Origin: the human T2T-CHM13v2.0 reference genome, Homo sapiens
Direction: 5' to 3' (one strand)
Length of the DNA: 64,000 nt
Assembly (NCBI RefSeq): GCF_009914755.1
Contig: NC_060944.1
A program made the position numbers and the translations under genes. Below, piece by piece: positions 16,251 through 31,056 of this stretch. Every line of letters begins with the position of its first letter. The first letter of the stretch is position 1. The notes beneath the pieces are model-generated. The model had not been told where the DNA came from. It saw only the letters and a program-made list of their open reading frames with translations, and ran no database searches.

Positions 16251-17049
16251 ATTCAAACAACTAATATGTCAAGGAAATTATGTGGGAACTGACCAAACTG
16301 AATAGAGACCTGAGCGTTTCCTTTTGAGTATGTGGCTGGATCAAAACACATCTCGAGGTACTGTTAACCCGACGATTCCTCATCTATGTAATCATATTTT
16401 TATCCTGACACATAAGTAAATGACTTGGAGATTGGTCCTAGTTTAAGACGTAAGCAATAAAAACACACTTAAAATTTGCACTGGAAATTGAAAATCCCTT
16501 TCATGTATACACATGCAACATGCTATTCACCCCCTGCTGCCTTCTGCATCTTTCTGGTGCCATATTCTTTGTGCCTCCTAGACAGAAGCTGTGGAACTGA
16601 TGCTAGAAGAAAGAGAGAAATTTAAATGAAGAAATGATGCTGCCATTATTTTTAATGGTTGATTTGTTTTTCTTGTTTACCTAGAAAACAGGTGGAGAAT
16701 AGAACAAAGAGATTTTTGGCCTGAGCCAGGACTGAGAAACCAAGTCTAGTTAGTGAGTCAAAAAAAGAAATGATATCCCCTCTCTTATTATGCAAAATCT
16801 CATAAATGCATCACCTGTATGAAAACTCCTTGGACAAGTCTTAAATCTTTTCTTTACTTAAATGCTAATAAATTTGGTTGCTAAAATAGAGGGTGTAGGT
16901 TACCTTTCAGGCTAAAGCAGGGATTATTTGTTTACATAGGATCAAAAATAATAATATGGCATATATAAATATTTATAGTAGGTCCTGGAAAAGTACAGAT
17001 GTATACAATTGTGCCAAAGAGAAAAACATTTTCTTTACAGCATTATATT

Positions 17050-17520
17050 CATCAGCCCTTGCCACAATAAAGCTGCATAACAAATCACCCCAAATCTTAG
17101 GGGCTTACAACAACAAGCCTTTATGTTTCTCACTCATGGGTCTGAAGGGCAGCTGGGATTATTCTGCTTCAGATGGGGAGTTGACTAGGGTTGGCTCTAG
17201 GCTTGAGGTTGGGTTCAAATCTGTTCCATGATCACATTTCAGGGCTCAAACTGATGAGGTTCTTGCTACCTGTGTTATACTCTTCGTATTGTGATCACAA
17301 GAGTGGAAGGGGTGAGTGAAACAGCCTTTTCTGGGACTGTCCCACAGTCATTTCTACCCACATTTCACTAATTAAAGTTAGTCACATGGCCAACCCCACC
17401 ATCAATGGGTAGAAAAATTGAGTTTGCTTCTAGGAAAACAAACTGCAAAGTTACATGGCAAAAGGTTCACACCTTTTGTGAAAATAGGAAGTGGCAAGGA
17501 ATTGAGGAAATAAACCAACT
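17050..17520 (-). mobile_element. MLT1-type MaLR LTR
   Basis: gctgcataacaaatcaccccaaatcttag and agtcacatggccaacccc motifs. Confidence 0.6.
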
Positions 17521-17989
17521 TACCAAAAATATTAAGAGGCTCTATTTAAAACATTGAATAGGGAAGTGGTATCATGAGGTAAATAATAATAATAATAGTA
17601 GTTAGTATTAAAAATCAGGCTTTGGAGCCAGGGTAATCTGACTTTGAATATTGGCATCATTCCTTTCTGACCATGTGGCTTCAACAACAGGCAGACCTTG
17701 CAAATGCTAGAACTGGAAAAGCATTCATCAGCAAGACTTTGTGGATATCTATCCCTGTGCTCTTCCACGAACAGGAATCAGTTACTCTTTGCTTGTATGT
17801 TTCTCCACTTGGGCAGTTCAGGTTTCTTAAAGATATTATCTAATCAACCCAGCTAACGTTGTGCCAGTTGGGGCATATAATTTTGCAACAGGATGCCACT
17901 GTCCAGTCTGTGACCAAGGCATGTGCGTACTTCAGGTTCAATCAGCTGTGGTGGTAAGGGCCGAGGGGGAGTCATACATAATAAGATTT

Positions 17990-18320
17990 CCTTGACAGAC
18001 ATGGCTGGTTGTCTACCAAAGCATTATGCTCTTAGAGGAAAGCTGCTGTTAGGCTGGGGTGTCCTTTCCTACATTTCCCGGAGCCTCTTGAAACTAGGTT
18101 GGATCATGTGACTAAGTTTCCCCAATAGAATGGAAGCAGAGATTATATGTACCACTTCCAAACAAAGGCATCAAGAAGCTGATGCCTTTTCTACTCTCTA
18201 CTTTCCCATTCAGTACTTACATGGTGAGAACTCCAAGACCCCAGAGGAGGGCAGAGCCACAACAGGGAAAGAGGTTGGGTAACTGATTGATCATGTGGAA
18301 GGCTTCCTATGAATGAGACA
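17990..18320 (+). mobile_element. MLT1I/J-like LTR fragment
   Basis: catgtgactaagttt..ccaatagaatggaagcaga...accacttcc. Confidence 0.5.
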
Positions 18321-20679
18321 CAAACATTTGAACTCAACTTTTTTTTTTAATATCAGTCAATAAAGACTGTCCATTTCACAGGGTTGGAACAGAGCAATTG
18401 CCCTTAAAAAGGGCTGATGGCATAGTAGTCATTGGGATTAGGGTGTGGAATGAAGCAAAACATAAAAGGCTAATCAGCAGAGCAAAGACTTCAGCTGCAG
18501 AGGTCTGAACATGCCCCGCTGGGAGGGCCTCCCTGATGCCACACTCAGCTGAGAAGGTTGAATTCAATAGGAAGTCAACTGTAACTGCCAAGGAGTGTGG
18601 CCTTCATAAGGGATGAGCTCCAAATCCACACAGTTGTCCACATTTCCACTGTCACTCATCAGGGAGAGCTTTCACTTAACACAAGGATGTGAGGATTTCC
18701 TTTGTAAATCGGTTGTTCCTCTGGATATGGTTTCTGAAATATCTGTCTTAAGGTCTAAGCTGCTCTCTCTTTCCATGAGAAGCTCTGCTCACCCAACTCA
18801 ACCAGTTTTAACCAAATTTTAAAAGCCATTGACTCTCTAGGGAAGGCTGATTTCTCTCTTGGCCTCCATCTATAGCCAGCACTGGCACCAGCTATACTTA
18901 CTTAAGCTCACTGATGAGGAGGAGGAGCAGGGAGCTGTTCTCTCATTAATAACCATACCTTGACCCCAGTTTCAAGCTCAGGGCTTTGGGGGGTGATGGT
19001 AGCCTGGGCCAGAGGACACGGCTAAAGGAAGTCCATCTTTGTCTGCAGGGTATTCCAAGGCCAAATAGAAGGGAGGAAGAAGAAAGCTCAATCTCTCTTT
19101 CTCTCCCTCCCTCTGTCTGTCTCTCTCACTCCCTTCCTCCTCTCTCTCATTTTCCTGACACAAATCCAGTTATCCAATTGCTGCCTTCCTCCAGCTGGCG
19201 CGCTACCCAGGCAGTTGAATTTACTCCATGCTCCAACACTTTCTCTATGAGCTGTGCTACAACTGTTTCTGCTTCTCTGGTTAAAGACGGTTCTGTCTTC
19301 CCTTGCCTGGATCTAAGCTGCTTGCCTCTCATTAACAGAGTCCAACCTCAGCCTGTGTGTTGCCACCACCCACTTTCCTAGTTCCTCCCCTTTCCTCTGA
19401 CAGACACACCTTTATACTGTAGGGCTGACTTCCTTTTGGACCCCAAGAATCTGCTAGCTAGTTGCTCCCAGCCATGGGAATAAAAGCAGAGCTCCCTTTT
19501 GGAACTCCATGGTCATCGTCATAAACAAGAACCTCCCAGACATCAGTGGTGGAATGGGGGCCTGTTCAGCTCTTGGAAACAAAGGCTTTATTCTGAATCT
19601 TTTCCCGACTGATAACCAGTCTGTCATTCTAAGTGGGAAGGGTGGGGGTGGCAGGGCATTGAAGAGAGGGGAGGAGAGTACAGAGCAGAAAGCTTATTAA
19701 CCTTTCCAAGAGGCTTGTGATTCAAGCTTGTGGAGCTTAACATTTTTTTTCTCTCCCAATTATTTTAATGATGCTGCAGAAAGTCCTAACTTCTGTGCTG
19801 AGACTGTGTTGCTGCTACGGTCTGGGCTGATCACATGGTAACATTCCGACCCAGGCTTGGTCACCCCGTAAGAAAAATCAGCTTGGGAAAACCACTCCTC
19901 CTTCTGCATGCATCTCAGTCTCTCTCTCTCTTAAGGAAAAAAAAAAAGTCTCCTTTTTAAGAGCTTTGAAGCTTAAGTCTTAGATGTGAGCTTTGCTTCA
20001 GAGTTTATTAGTTATTATTTTATCCCCATTCACCACTCCCCTTGAAAAAGCTTATGTTCACCCAGAATGGCAATTATTTGACTGTAATTCAAACCATTTT
20101 GTGTCATGTAGATCCAGGCGCATTGCTTGATTTCAATAATTAAGGGAAGGTACCAAATATTTTTGTCGCTAAAGGAACTTTAGTCACATAAGCCAGTTTA
20201 TCAATCATTTTTTTCTTTATTAATCTTAATGTATCCCTCCCTTATCTCATTTTGAGCAAGAAAATTAAGCCAATAACATAAACTTAAAAGCTAACTACTG
20301 TAGTCTGTACTTTGAACCCAGATACAAAAGTAAACATTCCTTCCTATTAGGTTTAAGATCAAGACGTATTAATTTAGGAGGTTAACTAATACTTAGCAGG
20401 AGGCTGATTGGGGGATGGAGATGTGGGAGGAAGAAGGCAGGAGGAAACAGAGGAGAAAGTGATTTTTCACTTCTGTGCATGCTTGTGCAATCTTATCTGA
20501 AGGCACTGATACATTTTTAGTAACCCACCATGAACAGCATCAGAGTTGGGATAACTGGAAAGATGGAGAAATCTTTCTGCAACCCCAGCCCCCCTTTCCA
20601 TTTAACAAGAGCAACTAGACCCTGATGAGATTGGAGAGAAATCCATTCTTGCCTGGATTGTCACCTACACATATCTTAA

Positions 20680-21415
20680 AGTTTTAACCATTCGTGTACA
20701 TATCATCTACCGATGGGTAATTGCACTTATTGTAAGTACAGCTTGGTGAATTGTCAGAAATTGAACACCCCTGTGTAACAAGCACAGGGAACATCAATTG
20801 CATCCCTCGAAACCCCTCTCATGCCCACTTCTAGTCATTACCTCCCCAAGGGTAATTACTGTACTACACCTGATATTATAAATTAATCTGCTTTTGAATA
20901 TATCATCTGTTTTAATGTGGTTTTGGCCATATAAATGGAATCATAGCATATATACTTTTGTGTCTGGCTTCTTTCACTCAGTGTTTGAGAAAGTCACCAT
21001 TGTTTTTGTGTGTAGTTGTAGGTAGTTCATTCTCTTTGCTATTAATATTCCATTATACACCAAAAAATTGTATATCCATTCTGCTGTTGGTGGACATTAG
21101 GGCAACTTCCAGTTGGACTACTATGAATAGTGCTGTTATGAACATTTTGGTACATATCTTTTGGTAAACACGTGTACACATCTTTGCTGGGCTTAATTCT
21201 AGGAAAGAAATTGCTGGATTTATGGTATGCATGTGAATTATTTTAGTAAAACTTGCCAGATAATTTTCCAAAGTGGCCATAACCAATGTATACTCCTGCA
21301 AGCAATGTCTGAGAGTTCCAGTTGCTCCACATCCTTGCCAGTACTTCATATTTTCAGTGTCTATTTTTGCTCTTCTGGAGGGCACGTGGTGACAATTGCA
21401 TTGTAATTTTACTTT
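20680..21415 (-). mobile_element. L1ME-like fragment
   Basis: Antisense end of ORF2 and 3'UTR; the ORF track shows the decayed ORF2 C-terminus (KICTKMFITALFIV). Confidence 0.75.
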
Positions 21416-23596
21416 GCACACCTCACACACATTAGTTTTCATTTCTCTGCTTTAGTTAATTTCCAATCATCCCCTGACCTAACAGGAGCCAATCTGACCA
21501 TCAAGTCATCCCTTTACAAAGACTCTATCTTTACTGAGATTCTCGTAACACCTCCTCCACCTACCTACATGGACTTTTCGTTTTGTTGAGCTCTTGTTGA
21601 GCTTAGATATGGAGCCACTCCATTTATACTCAATTAGCTGCTGGGTAGTGTCCATGGGCTACACGTTTTTCCTGTGTTGTTCTGTCTTCCCAACTGGAGA
21701 TAGGTTTCCTTGGCTCTGCAGAGTCCAGCTCTGCAGGCCCTGTTCACATACACAAACCCACTGGGCTAAATTCAGATGGGCATAGGCTATGCCCCTATTG
21801 GACTGGACTTTGTATTTTTCACCCAATCATTCTGATGCCCGATATCTTTAGCCTAGATGCTTGATATTGATTAAAACCACTCAAGAAGTTAAGTAGTGTG
21901 GGAAGTCAAGTAATGCGGAAAAAAATAAAAGCACAGTTCTTACAGTTGGAGCTGGGGTTGAATTTCATACTTACCAGTTTGGTTCTTTCTGATCTTAAGA
22001 AGTTACTTTTTGATCCTGAGCTTCAATTTCTACATATACAGAAAGAAAATAGGGTTGTAATGAGGATTCGAGAAGATAACAGCAAAGTGTCTGGCACATT
22101 GTAGGTGCTGCAAAATTTATTTCTTTATGCCCTTCTTCTTTGCAGAGGTCTTAGCCTCTCAGGTTTATAAGAGGATAAAACTCAAAATGATTTGTAGATC
22201 TTTAGTTTGGTTTGGCAATCAACAATTCTTCCTTGTCAGCCTCTCTGAAATCAAGCAGTACACTAAATGAGGTGGTGACTTTTGAAATAAATTTAATAAC
22301 TTCTTCAAATATTTTTTTGAAATAAAATTAAGGAGAATATCACTTCTGAAGTTTAATTAGGGCCCTTAATGGCAAAACTTTCTTCAAGGCAAAGCTAGTT
22401 AACAGCTTTTATATCATTTCCATCTTGCTATCTGCTTGGCCCACTATGACAAGGAGATACCTTAAGTCCTGCTCATGCAAGTGGCATCCTTCTCTGCTCT
22501 TAAGTATGCGATTAAGATTCAGACATCTCTGCTTTTAGGAGGGTGTTTGGAGAAGTAAATGAGGGGAGAGATTTGCATAAGAAATTTCCTGCTCTTCCCT
22601 GGAGGATGTTGGCAGCCTTTTTCAATGGGCAGGCAAGCTCTGGAGTCACATACTGACTGCCCCTTAAAATGACTTAAGGCTTGGAAGGGTGGCCTCTATT
22701 TTTCTTCTTTTTAAACATTGCTGTGCTGAGCCAATGTGGGTTGGTGTATCCAAAACCAATTTGGCAAGTCATTAGTTTGTTTCCTCTGATAGTGCTACAC
22801 TGCAGGCAGGATTACAAAACACATTCCAGCTGGCTGGACTTTCTGATATCTCGAAATGGTTCCATGGCCTTTAGTTAGATTTAGTGGTCAAGATTCTGGT
22901 AGATTTCCCTTTCTCTTTCCTTTTAATTTACAGCCAATTTCAGTGGAACCACACCATAATACAGATCAATGTATTATATTTATATTTTAAATACCATAGG
23001 TCAAACCTTGAAGTAGAAATCTTGGATATTAATTCTTCATGCATATTTTTTATAAAGTAATTTTCATATAGATGCTTGTTCTTTGCCCTAGTAGAAGAAG
23101 AATGAATGGAAATGTGAGAGTGAGAGACATGGGAAATACATTTAATAACTTTTCCAAGGCTCTGTCATTTAATTTTGTACTAAGAGAAAGGTGTTATTAT
23201 CTTCATTTTAAGAAATGAAAAAAAAGGCTAAAAGGGATTTCATATATTATTCAAGGTGACATAGCTCTGTGAAGTTGGAATTAGATTCTTAGGTTTGTCT
23301 AGATCTCTTCCTTTTCTCCTCTTCTCTTCCACATAGAATCCATGCAACAGTTCTACTCTCCCCCTCCACCTAGAATTCATGTAACCTCAATACAAATTAT
23401 TCTGTATTAGAGTTAGACATTACCTAAATGGTCTCAGGTCCTACCAAGCACAGGAATTCCCTCTATGAGGTCCATGACAGCTCATCAAACCTCTGGTTAC
23501 CTACAATAATGATTAACTCATTCCTTCACAGGATGACCGATAGCCATTTTGCATGTCTTTTCCTGTTAGACAAAATTCGCTTTTTTGGTATTTCCA

Positions 23597-23836
23597 TCCA
23601 GGGGTGCACAAGAGCAGATTCACACCTACTGTTACCAACTCTCAAGCCGATTGTGCACAACTCTTCCCAACTCCACACTTAGGGATGCCAATTTGGTGGC
23701 TTGAAATCAGCTATGGTGGGTGTGTTTACATCACAGGAATTACTAAAAGCTATAGATTAGGGCTTCTCCCTCCACAAGTACTACCCACTCTGTTATACTG
23801 AGAACCACTTGTTAAACATTTATCAGCACATCATTG
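23597..23836. mobile_element. MER63-like hAT DNA transposon
   Basis: gccgattgtgcaca, ggtggcttgaaatcagc and terminus tgttaaacatttatcagcacatcattg. Confidence 0.55.
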
Positions 23837-24253
23837 CTCCCACCCTTTGGGAGTGATTCTGCCCTTTGGCCTTCCACAGAAGAAATCCAAATCTTCTTCC
23901 GCAGCAGCCCCTCAGAAATTTCAGAACAGCTCTTTGCCCACTCTGTCCTTCTATGATAGCTTCAAAAAAACCCAAGTTTGAGTTTCAGGTTGGTCTCTTA
24001 GTTGCTGTCGAACTGTGAACAAACAATTTAATCTCTCTAAACTTTAATTTCTCTCTATATAAAATAGAGATGGTAAAAACAATATATTACCTCTGGTGTG
24101 GATGTGAACCTTCAATGAGACAGTGGGCATAAAATATACTGTCTAACCTACAGAAAGCTCTCAATTAACTTTATTATTAGAATGATTATTGCTATTGATC
24201 ATAACACTGAAACACTTAGAGTTATCCAGGACTTCCAGCAAACGCATTATACT

Positions 24254-24770
24254 TGTCAGGGTCTTGGCAGGAGCAGAGACTTGGTTACAAGGGAGTTGTA
24301 ACACAAGGGACTTGGTTACAGAGAGTTTAATGCCCAGATCATGTGCAAAAGAGTGAGAATAGTTGAATAGTTAAGGAAACTGGTGAGGTATGTTGAGACA
24401 CCCAGGAACTACCAACAGCAAGAAACTGTGACCTCCCCAAGGTCTAAAGGCACAAGGAAAAGGAGCAATAATGCCAAGAATGACAGCCCCATGGGAGTTG
24501 GAGCATAGATAAGGGATCATAATGACTCTCACACATGAGACCCAGCAGGAAGAGAAGAGGGGGAGCCATACTGTGACCTCTCTATCTCTTTCTACCTGCC
24601 CTCAAATCTCTTGGCAGTACCCCTAGCAGCCAGAAGCCAGAAGCCAGAGGCTACAAGGTCCGGGATAGCATCGTTCCATCTGTAGATATCGCCTCATGGG
24701 ACACAAAACAGGATAGTGCAAAGAGAGAGGACTGGGGAGAAGGAAGTACGAATGGAGAACAATCAACATT
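24254..24770 (-). mobile_element. Ancient ERVL-type LTR; a related copy lies at about 28860-29320
   Basis: tgtcagggtcttggcagga start and similar internal motifs in both copies; subfamily uncertain. Confidence 0.4.
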
Positions 24771-26977
24771 TGAATTTTCAATCTTTCATTCAATCCATTG
24801 AATCCACTTTTGGCATCTTTTTCTTGTAGAAGCTCCAGACTAAGAAACCACGCAAAAATTTAACTTGAATTTAAATTCCAGGAAATGGGTTTGGTCCTTG
24901 AGATTAATTATTCTTTAGATTTTCTATGATGTATTTACAAAATCCTAGACCTGGGATTTGCAGAGCGCCTATTATCCTGCACTTTGAGGATCGCCCATAC
25001 CCCAGGAAGAAAGGTCCTGTGTTACCGACTGATTCATGTTGTTCCATTCATCATTCTTATCAAGTGCTTGCCTTCATTTTATTTCCTTTCTCTTTGAAAC
25101 CGTGCCTCTTAGTAAATGTCATTGCTGTTGTCCATTCATATGTGTGTTTCATATTTTAAGGGTCTTTAATTGTTTGATTCTAACAGCATTCCCCTCCCTT
25201 TTAAGCTACTTTGGAAGACTATTTAAAAAAATCTACAGGATCTGAAATATATTAAAGACTTCAGAGTTTTTTTTCAGAGAATACAATGTTTTCATCTTTT
25301 TTTTTTAAGAGGCATTTTATAGCTCAGGGAAAGTCACTTAAAAAATCTCATTCTACTGAGATACCACATGCCCCATTTGTTCAGAAGTCTTAACTGACAG
25401 GAACTGCTTTACCACTCACCTGTGTCTGTCTAAACCTCCCAGATTCTAAGAGGTCATTGACTCTTTTCATAACTCACTGTTTATGCAAAGTTCTGTGTCA
25501 TTCACACAGTTAATAAAGGTGGTGTCATTTAGCCTTTAAAAGCTATTTCCAAGGATCATTTCTTACAATAATGAAAGAGTCAAATAAATTCCAATGACTT
25601 GAGCAGATAGATTCTTGAGCCAGTCGAACTTCTATATTTTTGATGTCCATATTGACATGGCTGTCTACAGAACAAGGACAGAAGTAATGACATCCCCCAC
25701 AAGTGCTCATGTTTATACCACAGATTGATTTCTGTCCAACCCATTTTCATTCACTTTTCTATTATAAATTAGTCTAACTCCGGTAATGTACATGAGTTAA
25801 GTAAAACAGGTATAAGAAAGCATACTTTGGCACACATAGATGCTGTAGGCCTATATATGTTTCTTACATTTAATAGACATGTTGGTGCAAGACATATTTT
25901 ACTGTTCTCTTATTCTATATTAAGAAAAAAAATATTGTGAGTGTGACGACAAATGGCAACAGAGGCCGGTATTTGGGGGCATGGGAAACCGGGCAGCACA
26001 TATGCCATCTAGAGGGATGCCTGACTGCTTTGGTCCAGTGCACTGATGCTACATGGGAAGGAAGGCCTGGCTGGTGTTGTCAAATCTTCTCACCCTCAAA
26101 AAACAAAACAAAACAAAAAAACAAAAACAAAAACAAAAAAAACAGGAATATTGGCTTTTTTATATAAAAATTTCCAAATTTTAGATTTTGGCAACAATTT
26201 TGCAAAAGTTAAAAAGCACTTTTTAGGCCAAATCTGATACTTTTTAAAGCTGGGTATTACTGACTGGCCAAGAGTTAGGAGCTGCTAAACTCAGTGAGAC
26301 CCAAAGGCAAGGCATCTGGGCAGTTTGACATGGAGTAAGGAGAGGGAATGTTTGCTCTGATTGATTTCCTTCTACAATAATAAAAATACAGAAATTGTGG
26401 AATGTTCTAGAAGCCACCAAGAAAGTACTCAACTGCTTTCAGGGCAGTCCTGGGTCCTGATCACCTTCTTCCCTACTCCTCAGAGTCACCTCTTCCCCAT
26501 GCACAGACACTCTTACATACACATACAAAAACACACACACACACACTGGTTACCTAAGGATGCCTTTCCTTGACGTCCAGTCTGTGTTTAGACAACTTAG
26601 CTTCCTGCTTGGGCATTATGCTATTAGAACTTGAAAATATTTCCATAACGACATTCCTGTTTCACTAAATCCTAATTTATCCATGACTCAAAGTCATTTA
26701 AAGTCATTTAGCCATGTGAAACCTCTGGCTCCTGGGATCTGTATGTATACCCAGGTGCCTCTTTGCTAGTTGTATAAAGTTGATTGCTGATTTGTAAGCA
26801 CTCACCTGGATCTCACTGAGAACAACATCACGTCTCTTAAACACTAGGGAAAATCTTAGGGTTGTGCAATTCCTAGGATTGGCCTGGTAAGAAAATCCAT
26901 CTAAATGATTGTTTATCATTGTGTGGATAAAGGCTCCTCAAACAAGGGATCAGCATAGAGAATTAAGTATGCCAGAA

Positions 26978-27328
26978 CAGCGGTTCCCAATCTTTTTGGC
27001 ACCAGGGACTGGTTTCATGGAAGACAATTTCTCCGTGGACTTGGGGCAGGGGGATGGTTTTGAGATGAAACTGTTCCACCTCAGATCACCAGGCATTAGC
27101 TTCTCATAAGGAGCACGCAAACTAGATCCCTTGCACGCACAGTTCACAATAGGATTCTAGCTCCTATGAGAATCTAATACTGTTGCTGATCTGACAGAGG
27201 CGGAGCTCAGGGGGTGAAGCTCCCTTGCCCACTGCTCACCTTCTGCTGTGTGGCCCAGTTCCTAACAGACCGCAGACCAGTACCAGTGGCATTAGGTACA
27301 GGACTGTGGTGGGTGTTGGGGACCAGTG
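26978..27328 (+). mobile_element. MER1B (hAT-Charlie MITE)
   Basis: cagcggttcccaatctttttggcaccagggac...ttggggacc; 8-bp TSD tgccagaa/tgacagaa. Confidence 0.85.
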
Positions 27329-30049
27329 TGACAGAAGATATCCTTCAGTACTTTAAGGCATTTCAGAGCAGCCTAGTGGCTCCTGCTCCTAAAAGGGATA
27401 CTTCACAGTGTTGTGGTATCTGAACGCCTTAAGGAAACAAGACAATTCTGAAGTTAGGCCCAGAGCAAGGGAAGAGGGAGCCCTTCCAGAGGCAATCCTG
27501 AGGTTAGCTCCCTCTAGCCCAGCCAACCTCTAGCTTATGACCTCATCACCATCCTCTACTTCCTCTTTCTTTGCCTCTGCACTGTTTGACTGGGGTTGCC
27601 ATAATTCTGACATGGCCTGCTGGCTGGATTAAGATCTTCTGGCTTTCTGAGATGGTCTGCATCCTGTTTGCTACATCTGTATCCCTAAGCTCCTCATGTC
27701 AATGTTTCCAACCAAAATGTATTAACTTTGAACCCTTGGCTCCTGCACTCTACTTTGCTAAAAGGATGCTGGCCTTCCTTGACTTTGCATGGAGCCAATT
27801 TCCCTCCCCCTCCAAGAGCATCTACCTCATGGAAGGATATACAAGTTCCTTCCTCTGACAACAACCCCTCTTGCCAGGTGCTGTGCCTTGGAAACACAGT
27901 CATATTTAAGAATGGACATTGCCCCATCATTTGCACTAACTTAAGCTGACTGACTACTTGTGCACAGGACATACCAGAGTCAGAGCACTGGAATTATTAT
28001 TTTATGTCTTTTCTTCTAGCTTAAAAAAGATATTTTTAAAAACTGGTTTCATAATGGACAGAAAGTATTACGTTATTGACCTGAAAATTAAAAAAAGCAA
28101 ATGCTTATTAAGGCATGTTGGTCACTATGTGTTAGAGGACAGGAATTCCTGGTGATGCAATCGGCTTCATCCAGCAACTGAGTACAGAAAACCTTTTCAT
28201 ATGTGCTAAGCTGCAATGAAGCCTCCGTGCAAACAGTCAGCTCTGACTGTGGATCCCAGCTTCTCTGCTGAGGTTCAGATCCCTCAGGACAGCATTTCCT
28301 GATGGAGTCAGTCACTCAATTCTGTATCCAGGCACTCACATTGATGACACGCAAGCAAATAAAACGGTTTATGAGGAAAGATTGCTACCGAGTCTTGGTA
28401 GTCCTGAGGGTCAATAAAAATGTTACTTGAGGAAAAGAATCATCAGCGTAAAGATTAATTATCTGTTAAATCATGGTGGTGAGAGTAGCTTTTTCTATTG
28501 GGTGATGAATTTTTATGCGTGTTCTGACATGCATGAGTTTGACATATTACACAATTGGTACGACAAAAACAGAGAATGCACAGTGAGGAGCCCATATGAG
28601 GTGACTGTAAGAGGATCTGACTGCATCTGAGAGGCAATGCACTCTCTTGAGCAACTCAACTCCGATGTCCACTAAATGGAATTACTCCTAAGTGTATCAC
28701 AACCATGGCCCAGTTATTTAATAAGAAAATCATACTTAATATGAATGTTTAACATCTTCAATATAGGCAAATGTTTTGTTTATAAAAGTCAGGTCAATAA
28801 AACAACACTACTCCTTTCTATTTTTTATCATAAATAATAAAGAATTGCTTGTGGAGTATCTAAGGTACAGTCAGGAAAACTGAAATTACTCTAGGTGTAT
28901 CAAACAGAAGGAATTTAATAGAGGGACTTGACAGAAATATGGAGGAGCAAGGAACCCATAGAAGGGATGGTGAGGCAACCCACATGTTAATGACAGCAAT
29001 TAACCTCTAAGGTTAGCAGGAGTAAATGGTGTTACCAGGGCCAGAATTTGGAAGCTACGGCCATGGTGAGGTCTTCTCAGTGGAAGTTTAAATCATAGAG
29101 GGGACAATCATTGCCAGGGATGTAATCTGAAGCACAGACAGAGGGGGAGAATTACCCTGGCTTCTTCCATCTCCCCCCTCCAGCCTTCCAACAGAGCCTC
29201 TGTTTGCCTAAATCTACAAGAAACCCAGGGAGAAAAGCAGCCTGAGAAATGCAGTTTCCAGAGCAGGATATGGGAATTATTACTAACTGGCAAATGACTA
29301 GGACACTGGTGTCTCAGAAGACAAGTATATTTGTACATTTGCCCTAGATAATTAACCTATCTCTTAAGTGTACTTTGATGAGTGAATTTTAGCTCCATTT
29401 TTATTATTCTGATTTAAAATGAATGAAGGAGAATCACAATCAGGCTGTGATGTGTTTGCCAATAATTTGCCCTATGAGATATCTAGTTAGGTCTCTCTGT
29501 ACCCATATATCTTCAATTTTCCTTAAATGTTCTTTGCTGTCCACCTCCTTCCATTTTTTATTTTAGCCTTGGGATTATCCACTAAACAGGAACGATGATT
29601 TCATTCATTTTTATAACCTAATCCCTCAGAGGGTGAGACAAGCTGGAAGATGAGGGAGTACCTGTTGGTAACTATTTTAGACAGGTAAATTTAAATTTTA
29701 TAAGTTCAAATATCTTACTCAGTACTAGGACGTGAGTAGGGAAATGTCTGGTTCAATGATATAAACACAGCAAACATTAGCCCAGAATGTAGTAGGAGAA
29801 ATGCAAGGAAAAGAAGTATTTCAGAAGCATCCTGCTTTTTAAATGCTAGAATTTTCTTTGGTCTGAATTGCTGACGTCCATCACAGTTTTAGCAACCTTT
29901 TTACTTGCTGCCATGGGGATCTGTTCTCTGCAATCCAAAACGCAGAATGACTTGATTCTGAAACATATTGAGTGCAATCTGCTTCTAAACCTGCAAGGCA
30001 TATCTAAAATAATGTGCATGTTTTATTGAACTGATACTGCCACAGTGTC

Positions 30050-30310
30050 TATTATTTGCCTACATTATTCTAAGGACTTGATAAATATTATCACATTTTA
30101 CTTTTTCAAGCAATGGAAGGTACAGATATGAGGACAGGTCATGTGCACTGGTCTATCATGTCTCGTCATTTTGCAAATGAGGAAACTGGAACACAGAGAC
30201 ATTAAGTAATAGCCCTGCAGTTAAAAAGTTAGCAGTTGGTAGAGCCAGGATTTGAACCCAGGGGTTCTACTTCTAGAGTCTGTGTTCTTAACCACTATGC
30301 TATGCTATTG
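30050..30310 (-). mobile_element. MIR SINE
   Basis: cattttgcaaatgaggaaactg...gagccaggatttgaacccagg. Confidence 0.7.
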
Positions 30311-31006
30311 TCTTCGATATGGCAACCTCAGGTTAGTCAGACCTATTGCATGAAGGCTCACAGCTCTACTAGTGAGCATTCTAGCAAGCAAGGTGGAAGC
30401 TGCCTGGTCTTGCATGATTTGGCCTCAGAAGTCACCTAGTGTAACTTGCACTTTAATCTCTTGGTCAAAGCAGTGATGAGCCCACTCAAAACTAGGAGTG
30501 TGGGAAGAGTGTCAAAGCGTCAAAGAATTTGCAGCCATGCTTGAATCCATCACACTGGGCAAAATACCAGAAACAATAACCACAATATACGATACCCAGA
30601 ATGGTGTGTTGGTTTTTATTTGCTGAAATGACCTTATGGTTTCCTATATTTGGTCCTCATTTATCTACAGCAGGAAATGGAAGGAAATAGAGTCTTTCCT
30701 TTAGGCAGTTCTCTGTTCCAACTGGTATTCTTCTAACGCCTCCCTTAACTCTGACAACCTTCTAAATGGCATCAGACAAGACTTCCACGGACTCAAGTTT
30801 CATTGATGTAGTTGTACCCAAACAGAAAATGTTCTGTTGCCTATATTCAAAACACATTGCTAAGCCAATTTTCTCTAAATTCTCCTGAATTTCCTCCCCT
30901 GGGAGGATTTTACAACTGCCAAGTTTGAATATTAAACCTTTAGGTACTTTTGAGTAATACTCAGCAGAGAGAAAAGAAAAAAAAATATTTTAATAAGGTG
31001 ACGTTG

Positions 31007-31022
31007 GAGAGAGAGAGAGAGA

Positions 31023-31055
<33 letters not shown>
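31007..31055. repeat. Compound (GA)8-(GT)15 microsatellite
   Basis: Read directly from the sequence. Confidence 0.95.

Positions 31056-31056
<1 letters not shown>

Noticed and set aside
21053-21442. 129-aa ORF resembling a reverse-transcriptase protein C-terminus
   Set aside because: Decayed L1 ORF2 remnant with no intact domain.
24278-24648. Short direct repeats GACTTGGTTACA x2 and AGCCAGA x3
   Set aside because: They lie inside an old LTR relic and look like ordinary slippage duplications.
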